Shown here piece by piece: positions 24,991 to 38,300 of a stretch of DNA of 64,000 nucleotides. The stretch covers positions 39,179,335 to 39,243,334 of the forward strand of contig NC_057719.1 in assembly GCF_004010195.1 (NCBI RefSeq), in the 5' to 3' direction. The notes below the pieces were generated by a model. It did not search any database, was not told the origin of the DNA, and saw nothing but the letters and a program-made list of their open reading frames with translations. A program made the position numbers and the translations under genes. Each line of letters begins with the position of its first letter. Within the stretch, counting starts at the first letter, position 1. The DNA comes from Chiloscyllium plagiosum. Its lineage: Eukaryota.

Positions 24991-26541
24991 GAGAGATGAG
25001 CAGAAAACGAGTGATGCTTCTGGAGTGAAATGCTGTGTGTGTACCCCTTAAATATAGCACTGGGAATTTTGAGATCAGTGGTCCCAATAGGAGCCAGAAT
25101 GTAAATAAAAAAACTGAAAAAAAACTGCAGATGCTGTAAATCGGAAATAAAAACAGAGGTACTCGAAAAGCTCAGCAGGTCTGGCAGCATCTGTGAAGAG
25201 AAATCAGAATTAATGTTTTGGGTCCAGTGACCCTTCCTCAGAGCCCAGTGTCTGGCTGCAGTTCCAGGGTGTGACGATGACGATTGCTCTGTACACTAGG
25301 ATTGTAGTTAACTCACTGAGACCTTGTCAAAGGTTCGCTGCCAAGTCTATACCCATACTGTTCTCACACTTCTCATCCAGATGTATGACAATGGATGACC
25401 TTTCGAGAAAAACAGCTGCCAAGTTATAGGAAGTACTCAAAATAATCCACAGCTAACTTATAAATGTTGAATATTTTACTGACCAAGCATGGGTTAATAT
25501 ATGAGGTTTTTTAAGGCAAAGTTCAACAACAGACTGGTTTTCTTCTATGCAAAATCGAAGAGATGGAAAATGACTTGCAAATCTGTTGCAGAATGGGCAA
25601 TGACACTGCAATTGTCTGTGAACTGTAGTTTGTCTGCAGTTGTCAGGTTAGTTTTGCCTCGGAGGCATCCCCTGAAGTCATCAGTTAGTGGTCAAAGGCC
25701 AGATGGGTGCGCAGCTCATGAAGATGGAAGGCCAGAGGTATGACTACCAGCTCAGAGAGAAACGGCTGGCTTCAAATCAGTTCAAATAGAAAAGCCGCCT
25801 CTGTTTCAAAGCACAGCCTCGGCAACATTTTAAACTTTAATGTTAAGAAGATAGACTCAGCCAATAGGTCACTGTTTAATCCCACGACAAGAGAAATAAA
25901 CATTTTTTTTTGTGTTCTAATTTGTAGGACAGAAATTACTGTATTTTTTCAAAAAAAAAGGTTTTTCTTAGCTTCCTCTGATAGAATTCAAATATTTTAA
26001 GAAAAATGTGATGGCTGAGCTAATGCAAAGTTTTAGCTACAAAGCTATAATTTTCTGTAAACTGTGGTAAAGTCACAGCACATACTCAACTTCAGAACTT
26101 TTTATGTACAATATTATATCCGAATTGCTGCTGTAAGTCTGAAGATTGCAATCAACAGGAAGTGTTTAGGTTCTTCTTAAATGAATGGTTACATTCCATG
26201 AAAGAAAACCGCACAAAATTATGATCTAAGGATGGAAATTTCCTCTCGCAAATGAAAGGGTCTCACTTAAGGTCTTAAGTGATGCTTTTCATTACTTCTT
26301 GTAGAATATAGTAAATGTTATGATCTTTATAAATGCTCAAATGAACTCCTCAATTGAACTAGTATTAAATTAGCTGCAATTTAACTGCCCTGCGTCAGTG
26401 TTATAGAAAAAGTGTAGCTGTGAGTCAGTACGCAAACATAACATGGTGCTAATGTTGTTCATTTGTTAATCTAGGCTAAGACCTACGCATCATCTGTAGT
26501 CCACACCTTCATGAGGACCAACTGGGTTGATATCAACTTGG

Positions 26542-26742
26542 AAAAAATGAGGACTGCAGATGTTGGAAATAGAGTCAAGAGTGTGGTGCTGGAAAAGCAC
26601 AGCAGGTCAGGTAGTATCCGTGGAGCAGGAGAATCGATGTATCAGGCATAAGCCTGATGAAGGGCTTATACCCGAAATGTCGATTCTCCTGCTCCTCAGA
26701 TACTGCCTGACCTGCTGTGCTTTTCCAGCGCCACACTCTCGG
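26542..26742. mobile_element. PLE-derived fold-back with a central hammerhead-like motif
   Basis: Inverted arms gagtgtggtgctggaaaagcacagcaggtcagg / cctgacctgctgtgcttttccagcgccacactc; CTGATGA-A-GGGCTTATACCC-GAAA-TG-TC at 26654-26681. Confidence 0.8.
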
Positions 26743-27017
26743 CCTCACTAGATTGATAGTAATGCTGACAAAGCTCCTCTTGACTCTTTCTTCATCTATA
26801 TCCCTTCGATGTTTCTGAGTGTGCAGAATCTGCTTGAGCATCCTCTATAATGGTGTTTAACTGTGAAAAGCCCCATGCTGTACACCTTTTCAGTATGGGG
26901 CATTGAGCTATGAGGAAGATTGAACACATGGGCTGCACACTGAATGTGTCACACTCTTGAATGTCAGTTCATTCCTTGAAAAGCTCACACATAGGAAAAC
27001 CTTTAGGTTCAATTCTC

Positions 27018-27318
27018 TGCAGTATGGAAACAAACCCTTTGGCCCAACAAGTCCACATGTATCGTCTGAAGAGTAACCCACCCAGACTTAATCCCCTACC
27101 TTATATTTACCCCTGACTGATGCAGCTAACACTATGGACAATTTAGCATGGCCAATTCACCTAACCTGCACATCTTTGGATTGTGGGAGGAAACCGAAGC
27201 ACCTGGAGGAAACCCACACAGACACGGGGAGAACGTGCAAACTCCACCCGGACAGTCACATGAGATGGGAATCGAACCCTGGTCTTGGCGCTGTGAGACA
27301 GCAGTGCTAACCACTGAG
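27018..27318 (-). mobile_element. HE1/V-SINE-like element
   Basis: Minus-strand cagtggttagcactgctg...ggttcgattccc head and a shared tail. Confidence 0.85.
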
Positions 27319-27765
27319 CTGCACTTACCCCACTGAGATGTGTGGAATCACCAGTGATTTCCCCCCCTTTCATCCATAACACAACATGGGTGAAAGTGTC
27401 AAAAAAATGTGTGTTGGCCAGTTTCTGAGACTTTTTACATCATCTTTGGCCTCAGTGTTGTTTGCATTCAAAGTTAAAGTTCAGGGATCTCTGAAGGATG
27501 AAGCTAACTGTATTCACCAACGCGATTACTTGTGAAACAATGCTTGGTGTTTGCAATGTCTTAAATCCCTTCTGATGTATGAAGATGTTCCTCACCTATC
27601 ATGTGGATCTCACTTTACCTGGTTCCATAGCAACAATGCTACCACATCAGATGCTATAACAGTGCAAGTGCATATATATTTACAATGATGTACACCTATG
27701 TGCCCTCAGTACATTTTCCTCTTCCTCTCCTTGCCACTACGTATGGATCCAAGCTTACTACTGCA

Positions 27766-28265
27766 NNNNNNNNNNNNNNNNNNNNNNNNNNNNNNNNNNN
27801 NNNNNNNNNNNNNNNNNNNNNNNNNNNNNNNNNNNNNNNNNNNNNNNNNNNNNNNNNNNNNNNNNNNNNNNNNNNNNNNNNNNNNNNNNNNNNNNNNNNN
27901 NNNNNNNNNNNNNNNNNNNNNNNNNNNNNNNNNNNNNNNNNNNNNNNNNNNNNNNNNNNNNNNNNNNNNNNNNNNNNNNNNNNNNNNNNNNNNNNNNNNN
28001 NNNNNNNNNNNNNNNNNNNNNNNNNNNNNNNNNNNNNNNNNNNNNNNNNNNNNNNNNNNNNNNNNNNNNNNNNNNNNNNNNNNNNNNNNNNNNNNNNNNN
28101 NNNNNNNNNNNNNNNNNNNNNNNNNNNNNNNNNNNNNNNNNNNNNNNNNNNNNNNNNNNNNNNNNNNNNNNNNNNNNNNNNNNNNNNNNNNNNNNNNNNN
28201 NNNNNNNNNNNNNNNNNNNNNNNNNNNNNNNNNNNNNNNNNNNNNNNNNNNNNNNNNNNNNNNNN
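27766..28265. other. Assembly gap (500 N)
   Basis: Run of N. Confidence 1.
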
Positions 28266-29002
28266 GCCACGAAAAAGTGAAGACTGGGAAGGTCCGCTCT
28301 GATACAGCCTGTGTAGCTTGCTTTGGAATGTAAGGAGGTAATGTTTTGTCTGATCAAGATTAAATACAGAGATTTCAACCCAGATCAGGGGACTTTGGCT
28401 GTGGAGTCTATTTGAAGGAGTTATTAATTTATTCTCACTACAACACTTTTTCGTTGTCTAATTTAACTTATCTACATATCAAAGGATGCAACAATTGGGA
28501 TAAAACCATTTTCTTCCTGTGTTTTCAACAAAATGCATTTTAGGAAAACTGCAATGGCTTAGTTTGAGCTGCAAGATTTAAATTCCTGTAAAATATGAAC
28601 TAGTCTCAACACTGACACAGCCTCAGGAGAGAACTTTGTAAAAAAAGCCAATTTTTATTGTGTTGCATGAAAACTGCGATGAGGATGTCTGAAGAATGCA
28701 ATTCACAAAGAAGGGGGTAAATAAAGGTGCAAAGAGGAGGATGATCAAATAGGATAATGTATTTGAAGCTTAGGAGAAACAGAGTGGCACATTCAGAGCA
28801 ATATTGACTACAGTACGTTGCAACTTTGGAAAAGGTCTAACCTATTCAATCTTCAAGGCTGTTTCACTATCTAACCAGAGCATAAAGGTGTATTAGTAGT
28901 GTCCCTACCTCAAGTCCCACCACAGGATGCGATGAATACAAAGATGGGTTGTAACAAGTTTAGACAAGTTCATTAAAGTATAACAAGAAGATGACTTATT
29001 TA

Positions 29003-29510
29003 TCATAGAGTCATAGAGGTGTACAGCATGGAAACAGACCCTTCGGTCCAACCTGTCCATGCCGACCAGATATCCCAACTCAATCTAGTCCCACCTGCCA
29101 GCACCCGGCCCATATCCCTCCAAACCCTTCCTATTCATATACCCATCCAAATGCCTCTTAAATGGTGCAATTGTACCAGCCTCCATCACTTCCTCTGGCA
29201 GCTCATTCCATTCACGTACCACCCTCTGTGTGAAAAATTTGCCCCATAGGTCTCTTTTATATCTTTCCCCTCTCACCCTAAACTTATGCCCTCTAGTTCT
29301 GGACTCACTGACTTCAGGGAAAAGACTTTGTCTATTTATCCTATCCATGCCCCTCATAATTTTATAAACCTTTATAAGGTCACCCCTCAACCTCGGACGC
29401 TCCAGGGAAAACAACCCCAGCCTGTTCAGCCTCTCTTTATAGCTCAAATCCTTCAACCCTGGCAATGTCCTTACAAATCTTTTCTGAACCCTTTCAAGTT
29501 TCACAACATC
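29003..29510 (-). mobile_element. Young 5'-truncated CR1 LINE
   Basis: Open 139-aa C-terminal frame KLERVQKRF...LFSLERPRLRGDLI...FFTQRVV..WNELP plus a (ctatgact)n tail. Confidence 0.92.
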
Positions 29511-29804
29511 TTGCTTTCTTTGCCTAACACATATTTTTGAATCTCAGTCAGCCTAAATAAGAGACAACACAGATTATCATTGGCCTTTATGTAAAAAGAG
29601 TTGATTCTACGTTCACTTTTCATTATCCTCACACTAATTCTAAGATATCCCCTTGATCTTAATTTCCCATCAAAGGAAATAAATTATTTTGTTCTACCCC
29701 ATTAAATCCTTGTCAGATTTTGAACATTTCAGAAATACGTAAAGCAAAGAAACCTAATAATCTAATTAATTAAACTGAATTAATACATACAATATTTTGT
29801 TTAC

Positions 29805-31548
29805 TAGGAGAAAGTGAGGACTGCAGATGCTGGAGATCAGAGCTTAAAAATGTGTTGCTGGAAAAGCGCAGCAGGTCAGGCAGCATCAAAGGAACAGGAG
29901 AATCGACGTTTTGGGCATTCTTCAGGAATGAGAAGGGTGTGCCAAGCAGGCTAAGATCAAAGGCAGGGAGGAGGGACTTGGGGGAGGGCGTTGGGAATAT
30001 GATAGGTGGAAGGAGGTTAAGGTGAGGGTGATAGGCCGGAGAGGGGGTGGGGGTGGAGAGGTTGGGAAGAAGATTGCAGGTCTTCCACCTATCGCATTCC
30101 CAACACCCCTCCCCCAAGTCTCTCCTCCCTACCTTTTATCTTAGCCTGCTTGNNNNNNNNNNNNNNNNNNNNNNNNNNNNNNNNNNNNNNNNNNNNNNNN
30201 NNNNNNNNNNNNNNNNNNNNNNNNNNNNNNNNNNNNNNNNNNNNNNNNNNNNNNNNNNNNNNNNNNNNNNNNNNNNNNNNNNNNNNNNNNNNNNNNNNNN
30301 NNNNNNNNNNNNNNNNNNNNNNNNNNNNNNNNNNNNNNNNNNNNNNNNNNNNNNNNNNNNNNNNNNNNNNNNNNNNNNNNNNNNNNNNNNNNNNNNNNNN
30401 NNNNNNNNNNNNNNNNNNNNNNNNNNNNNNNNNNNNNNNNNNNNNNNNNNNNNNNNNNNNNNNNNNNNNNNNNNNNNNNNNNNNNNNNNNNNNNNNNNNN
30501 NNNNNNNNNNNNNNNNNNNNNNNNNNNNNNNNNNNNNNNNNNNNNNNNNNNNNNNNNNNNNNNNNNNNNNNNNNNNNNNNNNNNNNNNNNNNNNNNNNNN
30601 NNNNNNNNNNNNNNNNNNNNNNNNNNNNNNNNNNNNNNNNNNNNNNNNNNNNNNNNNNNNNNAGGAGTGGGAAGTGGAGGAGATGCGGTGGATAGCATCG
30701 TCAACCACATCTGAGGGGAAATTGCAGTCTTTGAAGAAGGAGGCCATCTGGGTTGTTCGGTATTGGAATTGGTCCTCCTGGGAGCAGATGTGGCGGAGTC
30801 GAAGGAATTGGGAATATGGGATGGCGTTTTTACAGGGGGCAGGGTGGGAGGAGGTGTAATCTAGGTAGCTGTGGGAGTCAGTCGGCTTATAGTAAACGTC
30901 CGTGTTGAGTCGGTCGTCCAGATATGTGGAACAGTCCATCTTCCGCAGCTACACTGGCACCACTCCCCACCTTTTCCTCCGCTACATCAATGACTGTATC
31001 GGCGCTACCTCGTGCTCCCACAAGGAGGTTGAACAGTTCATTCACTTTACTAACACCTTCCACCCCAACCTCAAATTTACCTGGACCGTCTCAGACTCCT
31101 CCCTCCCCTTCCTAGACCTCTCCATTTTTATCTCGGACGACCGACTCAACATGGCAACACGATGTCTGGAGGAAGAGCGCCTCATCTTCCACCTAGGAAC
31201 CCTCCAACCACAAGGGATGAATGCAGATTTCTCCAGCTGTCTCATTTCCCCTCTCCCCACCTTTTCTCAGTCCCAACCCTCAGACTCAACACCGCCTTCT
31301 TGACCTGCAATTTTCTTCCCGACCTCTCCGCCCCCAACCCCTCTCCAGCCTATCACCCTCACCTTAATCTCCTTCCACCTATCGTATTCCAAACGCCCCT
31401 TCCCCAAGTCCCTCCTCCCTACCTTTTATCTTAGCCTGCTTGGCACACCCTCCTCATTCCTGAAGAAGGCTTATGCCCGAAACGTCGATTCTCCTGTTCC
31501 TTTGATGCTGCCTGACCTGCTCCGCTTTTCCAGCAACACATTTTTAAG
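29805..31548. mobile_element. Rearranged Penelope-like (Neptune-type) element with inverted terminal repeats and 15-bp TSD
   Basis: RT segments FLRYINDC...HPNLKFT...LPFLDL (+) and TDVYYKPTDSHSYLDYTSSHP..CKNAIPYSQFLRLRHICS (-); C-terminus LIFHLGTLQPQGMN; TSD caatattttgtttac (29790-29804) / caacattttgcttac (31549-31563). Confidence 0.88.
30153..30662. other. Assembly gap (510 N) inside the PLE
   Basis: Run of N. Confidence 1.
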
Positions 31549-31612
31549 CAACATTTTGCTTACAGCTGTCGTGATACATATAATATGGAATAAAATGTAA
31601 AATGTTTTTCAG

Positions 31613-31711
31613 TTTTCAGATGTCAGCAGAGAATTTTGAAAAAAGCCATTTGAACCATCCAAATTTCATTTCTGTTGTAATCTCAATAATCAACAGCTGT
31701 GAATCTATCAG
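31613..31711 (+). CDS. TNFAIP2: TNFAIP2-like coding exon E
   Basis: tttttcag|T ... AG|gtaagt; FQMSAENFEKSHLNHPNFISVVISIINSCESI(R); 99 nt. Confidence 0.88.
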
Positions 31712-31929
31712 GTAAGTTTAATATGCTGCCTGATGTACTGCCTGTCACATTGAAAACAGGAGCAGTGTCATGCATGGTCAAGTATATAACCATTCTGTAG
31801 ATTTCTGTGTAAGGCAGAAAGATCTAACAATTACTGCAAAATGCTTTTAAATGTTTATGTTTGGACAACAGTCAGCAAATAGGTGTCAGTTAGATTTCTC
31901 AGATTGATCAATAAAATAGGGTGTAGTCC

Positions 31930-32115
31930 TCCCAGACCATAGGGTTGCTCTCTCATTAAATAGAGGTGACTGGTCGCGGTTTAACCTGAGGATCATCACA
32001 ACTCAGGTGAAGGAGAGATTGAGAAAGACAGTGCCCTTCATGATAACCTCAGCCAGGAGGAGGAATTGAACCCATGCTGTTCATGCTGAACCAACTGTCC
32101 AACCAACTGAGCGAA
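31930..32115 (-). mobile_element. tRNA-derived SINE of another family
   Basis: Minus strand gctcagttggttgg (A box) ... gggttcaattcc (B box). Confidence 0.6.
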
Positions 32116-32542
32116 CAGACTTTCCATTAATGAAGTAGTAATGTACAAGAACTTGTTTGCAATCATCACACAAGCCGATCTGAACAGTAATAGGTAACAT
32201 GATGGATTTATATCAGACCTTGATGCACCCATTATCAGGGTGAAGACAGAGACAAAAATCACCTACTTTTCACATAACTATATCTAGTTCCACACTAGCA
32301 TGAGTTTTCCTCACCGACCTGAGAGCTGGGATGGGGCCGACAGCTCAGTTCCACAGCACTACTGAGAACTCCTGATGGTCCTCAGCTGATTCTTGTCCCA
32401 TTCTCTTCACTAGAAAGGTCACACATCAGATATCAGATAATTGTTTTAACTATTAACCCAATAGGTTTATCTTTACAAGTCTCCTCTCAATGCTCTGTCA
32501 GTTTAAACATGTGAGATTTATGCATTTTTCATCTGTTTTCAG

Positions 32543-32666
32543 GAATCACAACACAAATGAGAAAATCACAAACCTTGTGTTGAAAGAGAGCATCCATTCA
32601 GTTCTGAATGAAATGGAAAAGAAGAAAAAAGACATTATTTTAAAGACTTTATTTTGTAAACTAAAG
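32543..32666 (+). CDS. TNFAIP2: TNFAIP2-like coding exon F
   Basis: gttttcag|G ... AAG|gtacaa; NHNTNEKITNLVLKESIHSVLNEMEKKKKDIILKTLFCKLK; 124 nt. Confidence 0.85.
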
Positions 32667-32996
32667 GTACAATAAGAACAAAGTCAACTAACCTAATTTG
32701 CAAGGACTGTAGAAGTAGCTTCTTATAAAATTGTGAAAGGTTAACTAATAATCTTCATCTTCTTGAGTATATAGTCTATAAACATTTCATTATGCTTTGC
32801 TCAATTCCTGTCATCTTCTGCAGTTTTTACTTTTGACAATATGCAAATCTGCATTAAGTAGGATTCTGTTAAAATTTGGAAGCAGCTAGCTGAGCAACCT
32901 GTTGATTTTTGGTCACAGTCAGATTTTGAAAGAAAGTTGTTTTACATTTAAATAATTTGAGTTAAAATAGATTAAATCTTTTATATTCTCCCTCAG

Positions 32997-33119
32997 CCTC
33001 ACTGTAAAAAGCTGGTGACAGAAAAATGGCTTGAGTGTACAGAACCAATAGATGAAATACTTGAAATAACAGAGAAGCATCTCACAAAATTAAAGAAATT
33101 GAAAGCACCACATTATCAG
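32997..33119 (+). CDS. TNFAIP2: TNFAIP2-like coding exon G
   Basis: ttctccctcag|CCT ... CAG|gtatgt; PHCKKLVTEKWLECTEPIDEILEITEKHLTKLKKLKAPHYQ; 123 nt. Confidence 0.9.
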
Positions 33120-33539
33120 GTATGTCACAGACAATGTATTGTTGATATGAGAGAAAACACGTCATGGGAACCAACTTTTCAAATAACCGTAAAGCTAACA
33201 AGCAATGGCTGTGTAAACTTTCTGCTAACCTTTTGAGAGAATGTTAGCATACTGATGTTAAATCAAGTTGTAAAAGTATTTATGATGGAACACTAAGCCA
33301 TCCAAAGTTTCAGAATCATTCTAAACTATCTTAACTAACCTCAAGCAGGATAACATATGGGACAGTTAGTAGTCTTGGGTTAGGACAAGAACAACAGTGG
33401 GACTCACTTCTGTTCAACACACCCCACGTAAAGGGATCCGTGTTGAATCATGAATGGATGGAGACAAAATCAAGTGTAAAAAGTTTGCTATCACTGATAA
33501 ATTTGGGGTATCAATATTGCAACCCTCATGGAAACATAA

Positions 33540-33650
33540 GGGAAATTTCTCCAGAGATATAGAGGCACGTTTGGAGAAGGAGGGGCTGGGACCGATGTTG
33601 ACAAAGTAATGGTGAAAGGCAATGTGCTGGATTCCTGACAAACTGATGCC
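33540..33650 (-). mobile_element. Very old L2/Crack-like LINE remnant
   Basis: IAFHHYFVNIGPS resembles the FNNYFVNIGPxLA motif that precedes RT in L2-group ORF2. Confidence 0.35.
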
Positions 33651-34402
33651 TCCTTGTGGTTTTACTGGAGGCGGCATCAAGGAAATGATGGTAAGTAGCA
33701 TAAGACAAAGTAGTTGATGTAAGGATTGATCAGCAGGGTGCTTTCACATGCGGGAGATCCACCTTCTCTGTAAATCTTCCATTCATAGGAAGTATGGGCA
33801 TAATGCTGATTCCAAAGAACACAATATGTTTATGCAGTGTTCAGTTTGAAGCCAGAAATTAGCGAACCTTGGTCATTCACCTAAAAAGACTTGAAATTGA
33901 ATTTATGTTCTCCTGCAAACAGAGCTGCTGAATAATGCTGGGAATGAGTAAAATGGCTGCTGAGCTCATCAGAGATATCACACCCTCCATCTGTTGCCAC
34001 CCTCTCCACCTCCAGTCAACTCAGGAGACCGCCAACCACCCCTCATTTCAGCTGCTCTGATTGGTCATGATTCCAAATATTAAGCGGGTAGACTTGCTGC
34101 ATTGTGAAATCAGGACCCAAACATAGGCCCCCTGATTATTTTCTATCTTGGAAAAATGTAACCCTCATAACAATAACAGTCTGCGGAATGTGCTCAATCT
34201 GAAAAATCAACCTGTAGCAGCAGAAACTAGAGGGAAAAGTATCAACTTTAAAGAAAAGCTCTTTCATAAACATTTTACTTGGATCCAGAAGATTCATAAG
34301 AAAAAAGATATTTTCAAGCCTGATTATAACGTTAGCTTTCAGGTGGGAATAGAATGTTCAATATGTACACCCTACTGTAATTTCCTTTATTTATTTAAAC
34401 AG

Positions 34403-34558
34403 GATCTATTGATGGAAATCCATCAGCAGCTTATTACAGAATATATCCTTCGAATTATGAAGAAAAAGTTGAGCTGTAAAACAGAAAATCAGGAGAAACA
34501 AGTGGCAGACCAGATACAGAATGAATCTCAACATTTACAGAAACTATTCAATTTCTAT
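34403..34558 (+). CDS. TNFAIP2: TNFAIP2-like coding exon H
   Basis: ttaaacag|GAT ... TAT|gtaagt; DLLMEIHQQLITEYILRIMKKKLSCKTENQEKQVADQIQNESQHLQKLFNFY; 156 nt. Confidence 0.92.
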
Positions 34559-34845
34559 GTAAGTAAACACAGTGACTTATGAAAATGATGCAGGCTAGGA
34601 TATGACAGTAATAAAGGAAAACAAACTGCCCAAAGGATTGGGAGATACTGATATACAGATAGCACAAGTGTAAAAACATTGTGAGGAAATCCAAATTAAG
34701 TTTATAGTGCAACACACAAAGCTAATCAAATAAGGTTGGTAAGCTACAGGCTGAGACAATCACTTTGAGTGAAATGATAATGGAGACTGGCTCAATAAAA
34801 AGGACGACCGAACACAATAAGGTCACTAAAAGTCATAGTGAACCC

Positions 34846-34975
34846 CCCTGAAGAAGGGCTCATGCCCAAAATGTCGATTCTCCTGCTCCTTGGATGCTGC
34901 CTGACCTGCTGTGCTTTTCCAGCAACACATTTTTCAGCTCTGATCTCCAGCATCTGCAGTCCTCACTTTCTCCTA
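34846..34975 (+). mobile_element. Short PLE terminal-repeat fragment
   Basis: cctgaagaagggctcatgcccaaaatgtcgattctcctg...cactttctcc; the hammerhead GAAA is mutated to AAAA. Confidence 0.75.
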
Positions 34976-35339
34976 GGATTTTACAACAATCCATAATGGT
35001 ATCATTGGCACCTTTGCTGAGACTAGATTTATGTATTAAGTTTAAACTCCATCAGCTATAAAATAGTGCTTTAAACCCTGTCCCCTGGGAATTAACCAGG
35101 ATCTCCTGTGTTGTGAGCTAAAGAAAAAAAAGCAAAGAACTACAATGCCAGAAATCAGAAACAAAAGCAGAAACTGCAGGAAAAACTTCACATCCAGAAA
35201 AACTGAAGTGTTCTGAAGAGGGGTCACTGGACCTGAAGCGTTAACTCTGCTTTCTCTCCACAGATGCTGCCGGACCCACTGAGATTATACAGTAGTCTCT
35301 GGTTTTGTTTCTCTTTGTGGGTTGTCGCAAAACCATTGC

Positions 35340-38300
35340 ACCACTCTTTTTCCCCTGAACTTTCTGCACATACTGATGGACCTCTGTTTGTGGATAGCAT
35401 GTTGAGCGAGCTGGTCATACCATAAGTAAGGGCTGCACTGATAGAAAAGCATTGGGTGACCACCAGGAAGACGAGTAAGTGTGGGCAGACAGTGCAGAAG
35501 TCCTGTGTGACTAGCCCCCTTTCAAATAGATATTCCATGTTGGATACTGTTGGGGGAGAATGGCATCTCAAGGAAAGCAGCAGCAGCCAAGTTTGTGGCA
35601 CTACAGTTAGCTCCGTCACACAGCAGGGGAGGAAAAAGACTGGGAGAGCTTTCATGATAAGGGGTCACGATTGTAAGGGTAAGTGGTAGGTAGTCCTGTG
35701 GCAGCAAACAAGCCTCTTGAATGGTGTGTTGCCTCCCTGGTGCCAGGTCAGGGATGTCTCAGAGTGGCTGCAAGGTGTTCTGAAGGGAAAGGATGAACAG
35801 CAGCTGTGATACATGTTGGTACCAATGACATGGGTTTAAAAAAGAGGTCCTGCAGCAGAAATTTGGAGAGTTCGGTGGTAGATTAATGAGGAAGACTGTT
35901 AACGCTGTAATCTCCAGATTACTTCCGCTTAGTACCATGTGCTACTGAGTATAGAAACAGAAAAGTAGGTCAGATGAACACGTAGCGAAAGGGATAGTGT
36001 AGGAGGGAGGGATTTAGATTTTTGCATCACTGGGACAGTTTCTGGGGTAGGCGGGACTTGTACAAGCTGGACAGGTGGCACCTGAACTGGAATGGCTCCA
36101 ATATCCTTTGCTCATGCTGTTGGGGAGGTTTTAAACTGATTTGGCAGGGAATGGGGCACAGAGCAGATGCAAAGTCAGGAGCAAGGTCCAATCAGACATA
36201 GAAGGAAGACAGAAAGGGCATGGGCATGATAAGGCACATACGAGGTCTAGAAAGCTGCATTGTATCTATTTTATTGCGAGGAACATGACTGATAAGGCAG
36301 ATTAGCACAAAGGAATATGATATTGTTGCAAACACTAAGACATGAAGAAGAATAGGACTGGCAGTTCAACATTCCAGGGTAAAGAAGTTTCAGGCACAAT
36401 ACGGGATAAGTCAAAGAGGTGAGGGCATTGCTTTATTGATAAAGGAAATAATCACTGCAGCAATGAGAGAGGGTGTTCTCAAAGGGTCTTCAAATGAGGC
36501 CATCTGGGTAGAGCTTAGACATAAAAAAGGGGTGATTACTTTACTGGGATTGTACTACAGGGAGATAGTCACAGAAAGATAGAGGAGCAGATATGTAGGC
36601 AACTTACAAAAAGGTGTGAGAAAAACTGGGTTACAATTGTAGGGGACTTCAACTTTGTTAGCATTAACTGGGTTCACCTAGGTGTGAAAGGATTAGACGA
36701 GGTGGAATTTTGAAAGTGCATGCAGAGGGTTTCTTGCACCAGTATGTACATAATCCTGCTAGAGATGGGGCAGTACTCGACTTCATCCAAGGGAATGAAG
36801 CTGATCGAGTGGTTGCAGTTTGAGTGTGCGAGCATTTTGGGAATAGTGACCATAAATCTGTAAGTTTCAAAGTCATTGTGGAAAGGGTTAGGAATAGTGT
36901 AAAAGGTAAGTTACGTTAACTAAATTGGGGGAAGGAAATTTTTAGTATCATTGGACAGGATCTGGCAAACATAGACTGGGAGCAGATACTTGCAGGTAAG
37001 TCTATATTTGGAAAGTGGGAGTCTTTTGAAAGTTGTATATTGGGAATTCAACGCCAGTGTGTACCTCTAAGAGTGAAGGGCAAGAGCAGCAGATCCAGGG
37101 AATCCTAAATGTCAAGGGATATCAAAAATTTGATAAAGAAAAAGAAGGAAGCATATGTCAGGTACAGGACATTAAGTACAGGGGAGGCCCTTCAAAAGTA
37201 CAGAGAGTGTAGGAGGTTGCTTAAAAAGGAAATGAGGAGGGCATGGAAGGACCATGAAATAGCTTTGGCAGTTGGGATTAAAGAAAACCTCAAAGCATTT
37301 GGCGGCGGCATGGTGGCTCAGTAGTTAGCACTGCTGCCTCAGCACCAGAGACGCAGGTTCGATTCCAGCTGTCTGTGTGGAGTTTGCACATTCTCCCCAT
37401 GTCTGCGTGGGTTTCCTCCCACAATCCAAAGATGTGCAGGTCAGGCGAATTGGCCATGTTAAATTGCCCATGGTGTTTAGGTACATTAGTTAGGGATAAA
37501 TGTAGGGGAATGGGGCTAGATAGGTTACTCTTCGCAGGGTCGGTCTGGACTTGTTAGGCCAAAGGGCCTGTTTCCATACTGTAGGGAATCTAATCTTATA
37601 AGTATGTTAAGAGTAAGAGAGTTATCAGTGAAAGGTCCCTATTAGAGATCACAAGGCAACCTGTGCATAGAGCTAGTGGATGTGGGTAAGATCTTAAATG
37701 ATGAAGGGCTTATGCCCGAAACATCGATTCTCCTACTCCTCGGAAGCTGCCTGACCTGCTGTGCTTTTCCAGCACCACACTCTCGACCCAAGCATAGTTC
37801 ACCATCTTTCAGGTCTGATATTGATCAACTGGTAAATATTTCAGAGCATTGACAGATGGAGTTTAATCTTGATCAGTGCAAGGTGATATATTTTGGGGAT
37901 CAAATAATGGAAGAATATACACAATGAATGGTAGGTTCCTAGGGAGTACTGAGGAACAAAAGGATCTTTGTGTACAAGTCCATTGATCCATGAAGGTGTC
38001 AGCTCAGGTAGACAAGGTGGTGAAGAAAGTCTACAGGATGCTTGCCTTCATTAGCTGGGGTGTTGAACATAGGAGCCAAGAAATCTTGTTAGAATTTTAT
38101 TAAACTTTGGTTAGGTGACAGATGGAATACTGTACAGAGTTCTGAACACCACACTATTAGAAGGGTGTGATTGTACTGGAGAGGGTGTAGAGGAGACACA
38201 CCACATTGTTACCTAAAATGAAAAATCTAGTTATGAGGAGAGATTGGATAGGCTTGGTTTGTTTTCCTTGGATTAGAGGAGGCTGAGGGAGGATATGATT

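Noticed and set aside
27685..30939. Long ORFs of 181-270 aa in the ORF track
   Set aside because: Artefacts of translating through N gaps; only the PLE RT part flanking the second gap is real.
34148..34582. 144-aa ORF as a standalone gene
   Set aside because: Only 34403-34558 is bounded by splice sites and resembles the Sec6 family; the rest is intronic read-through.
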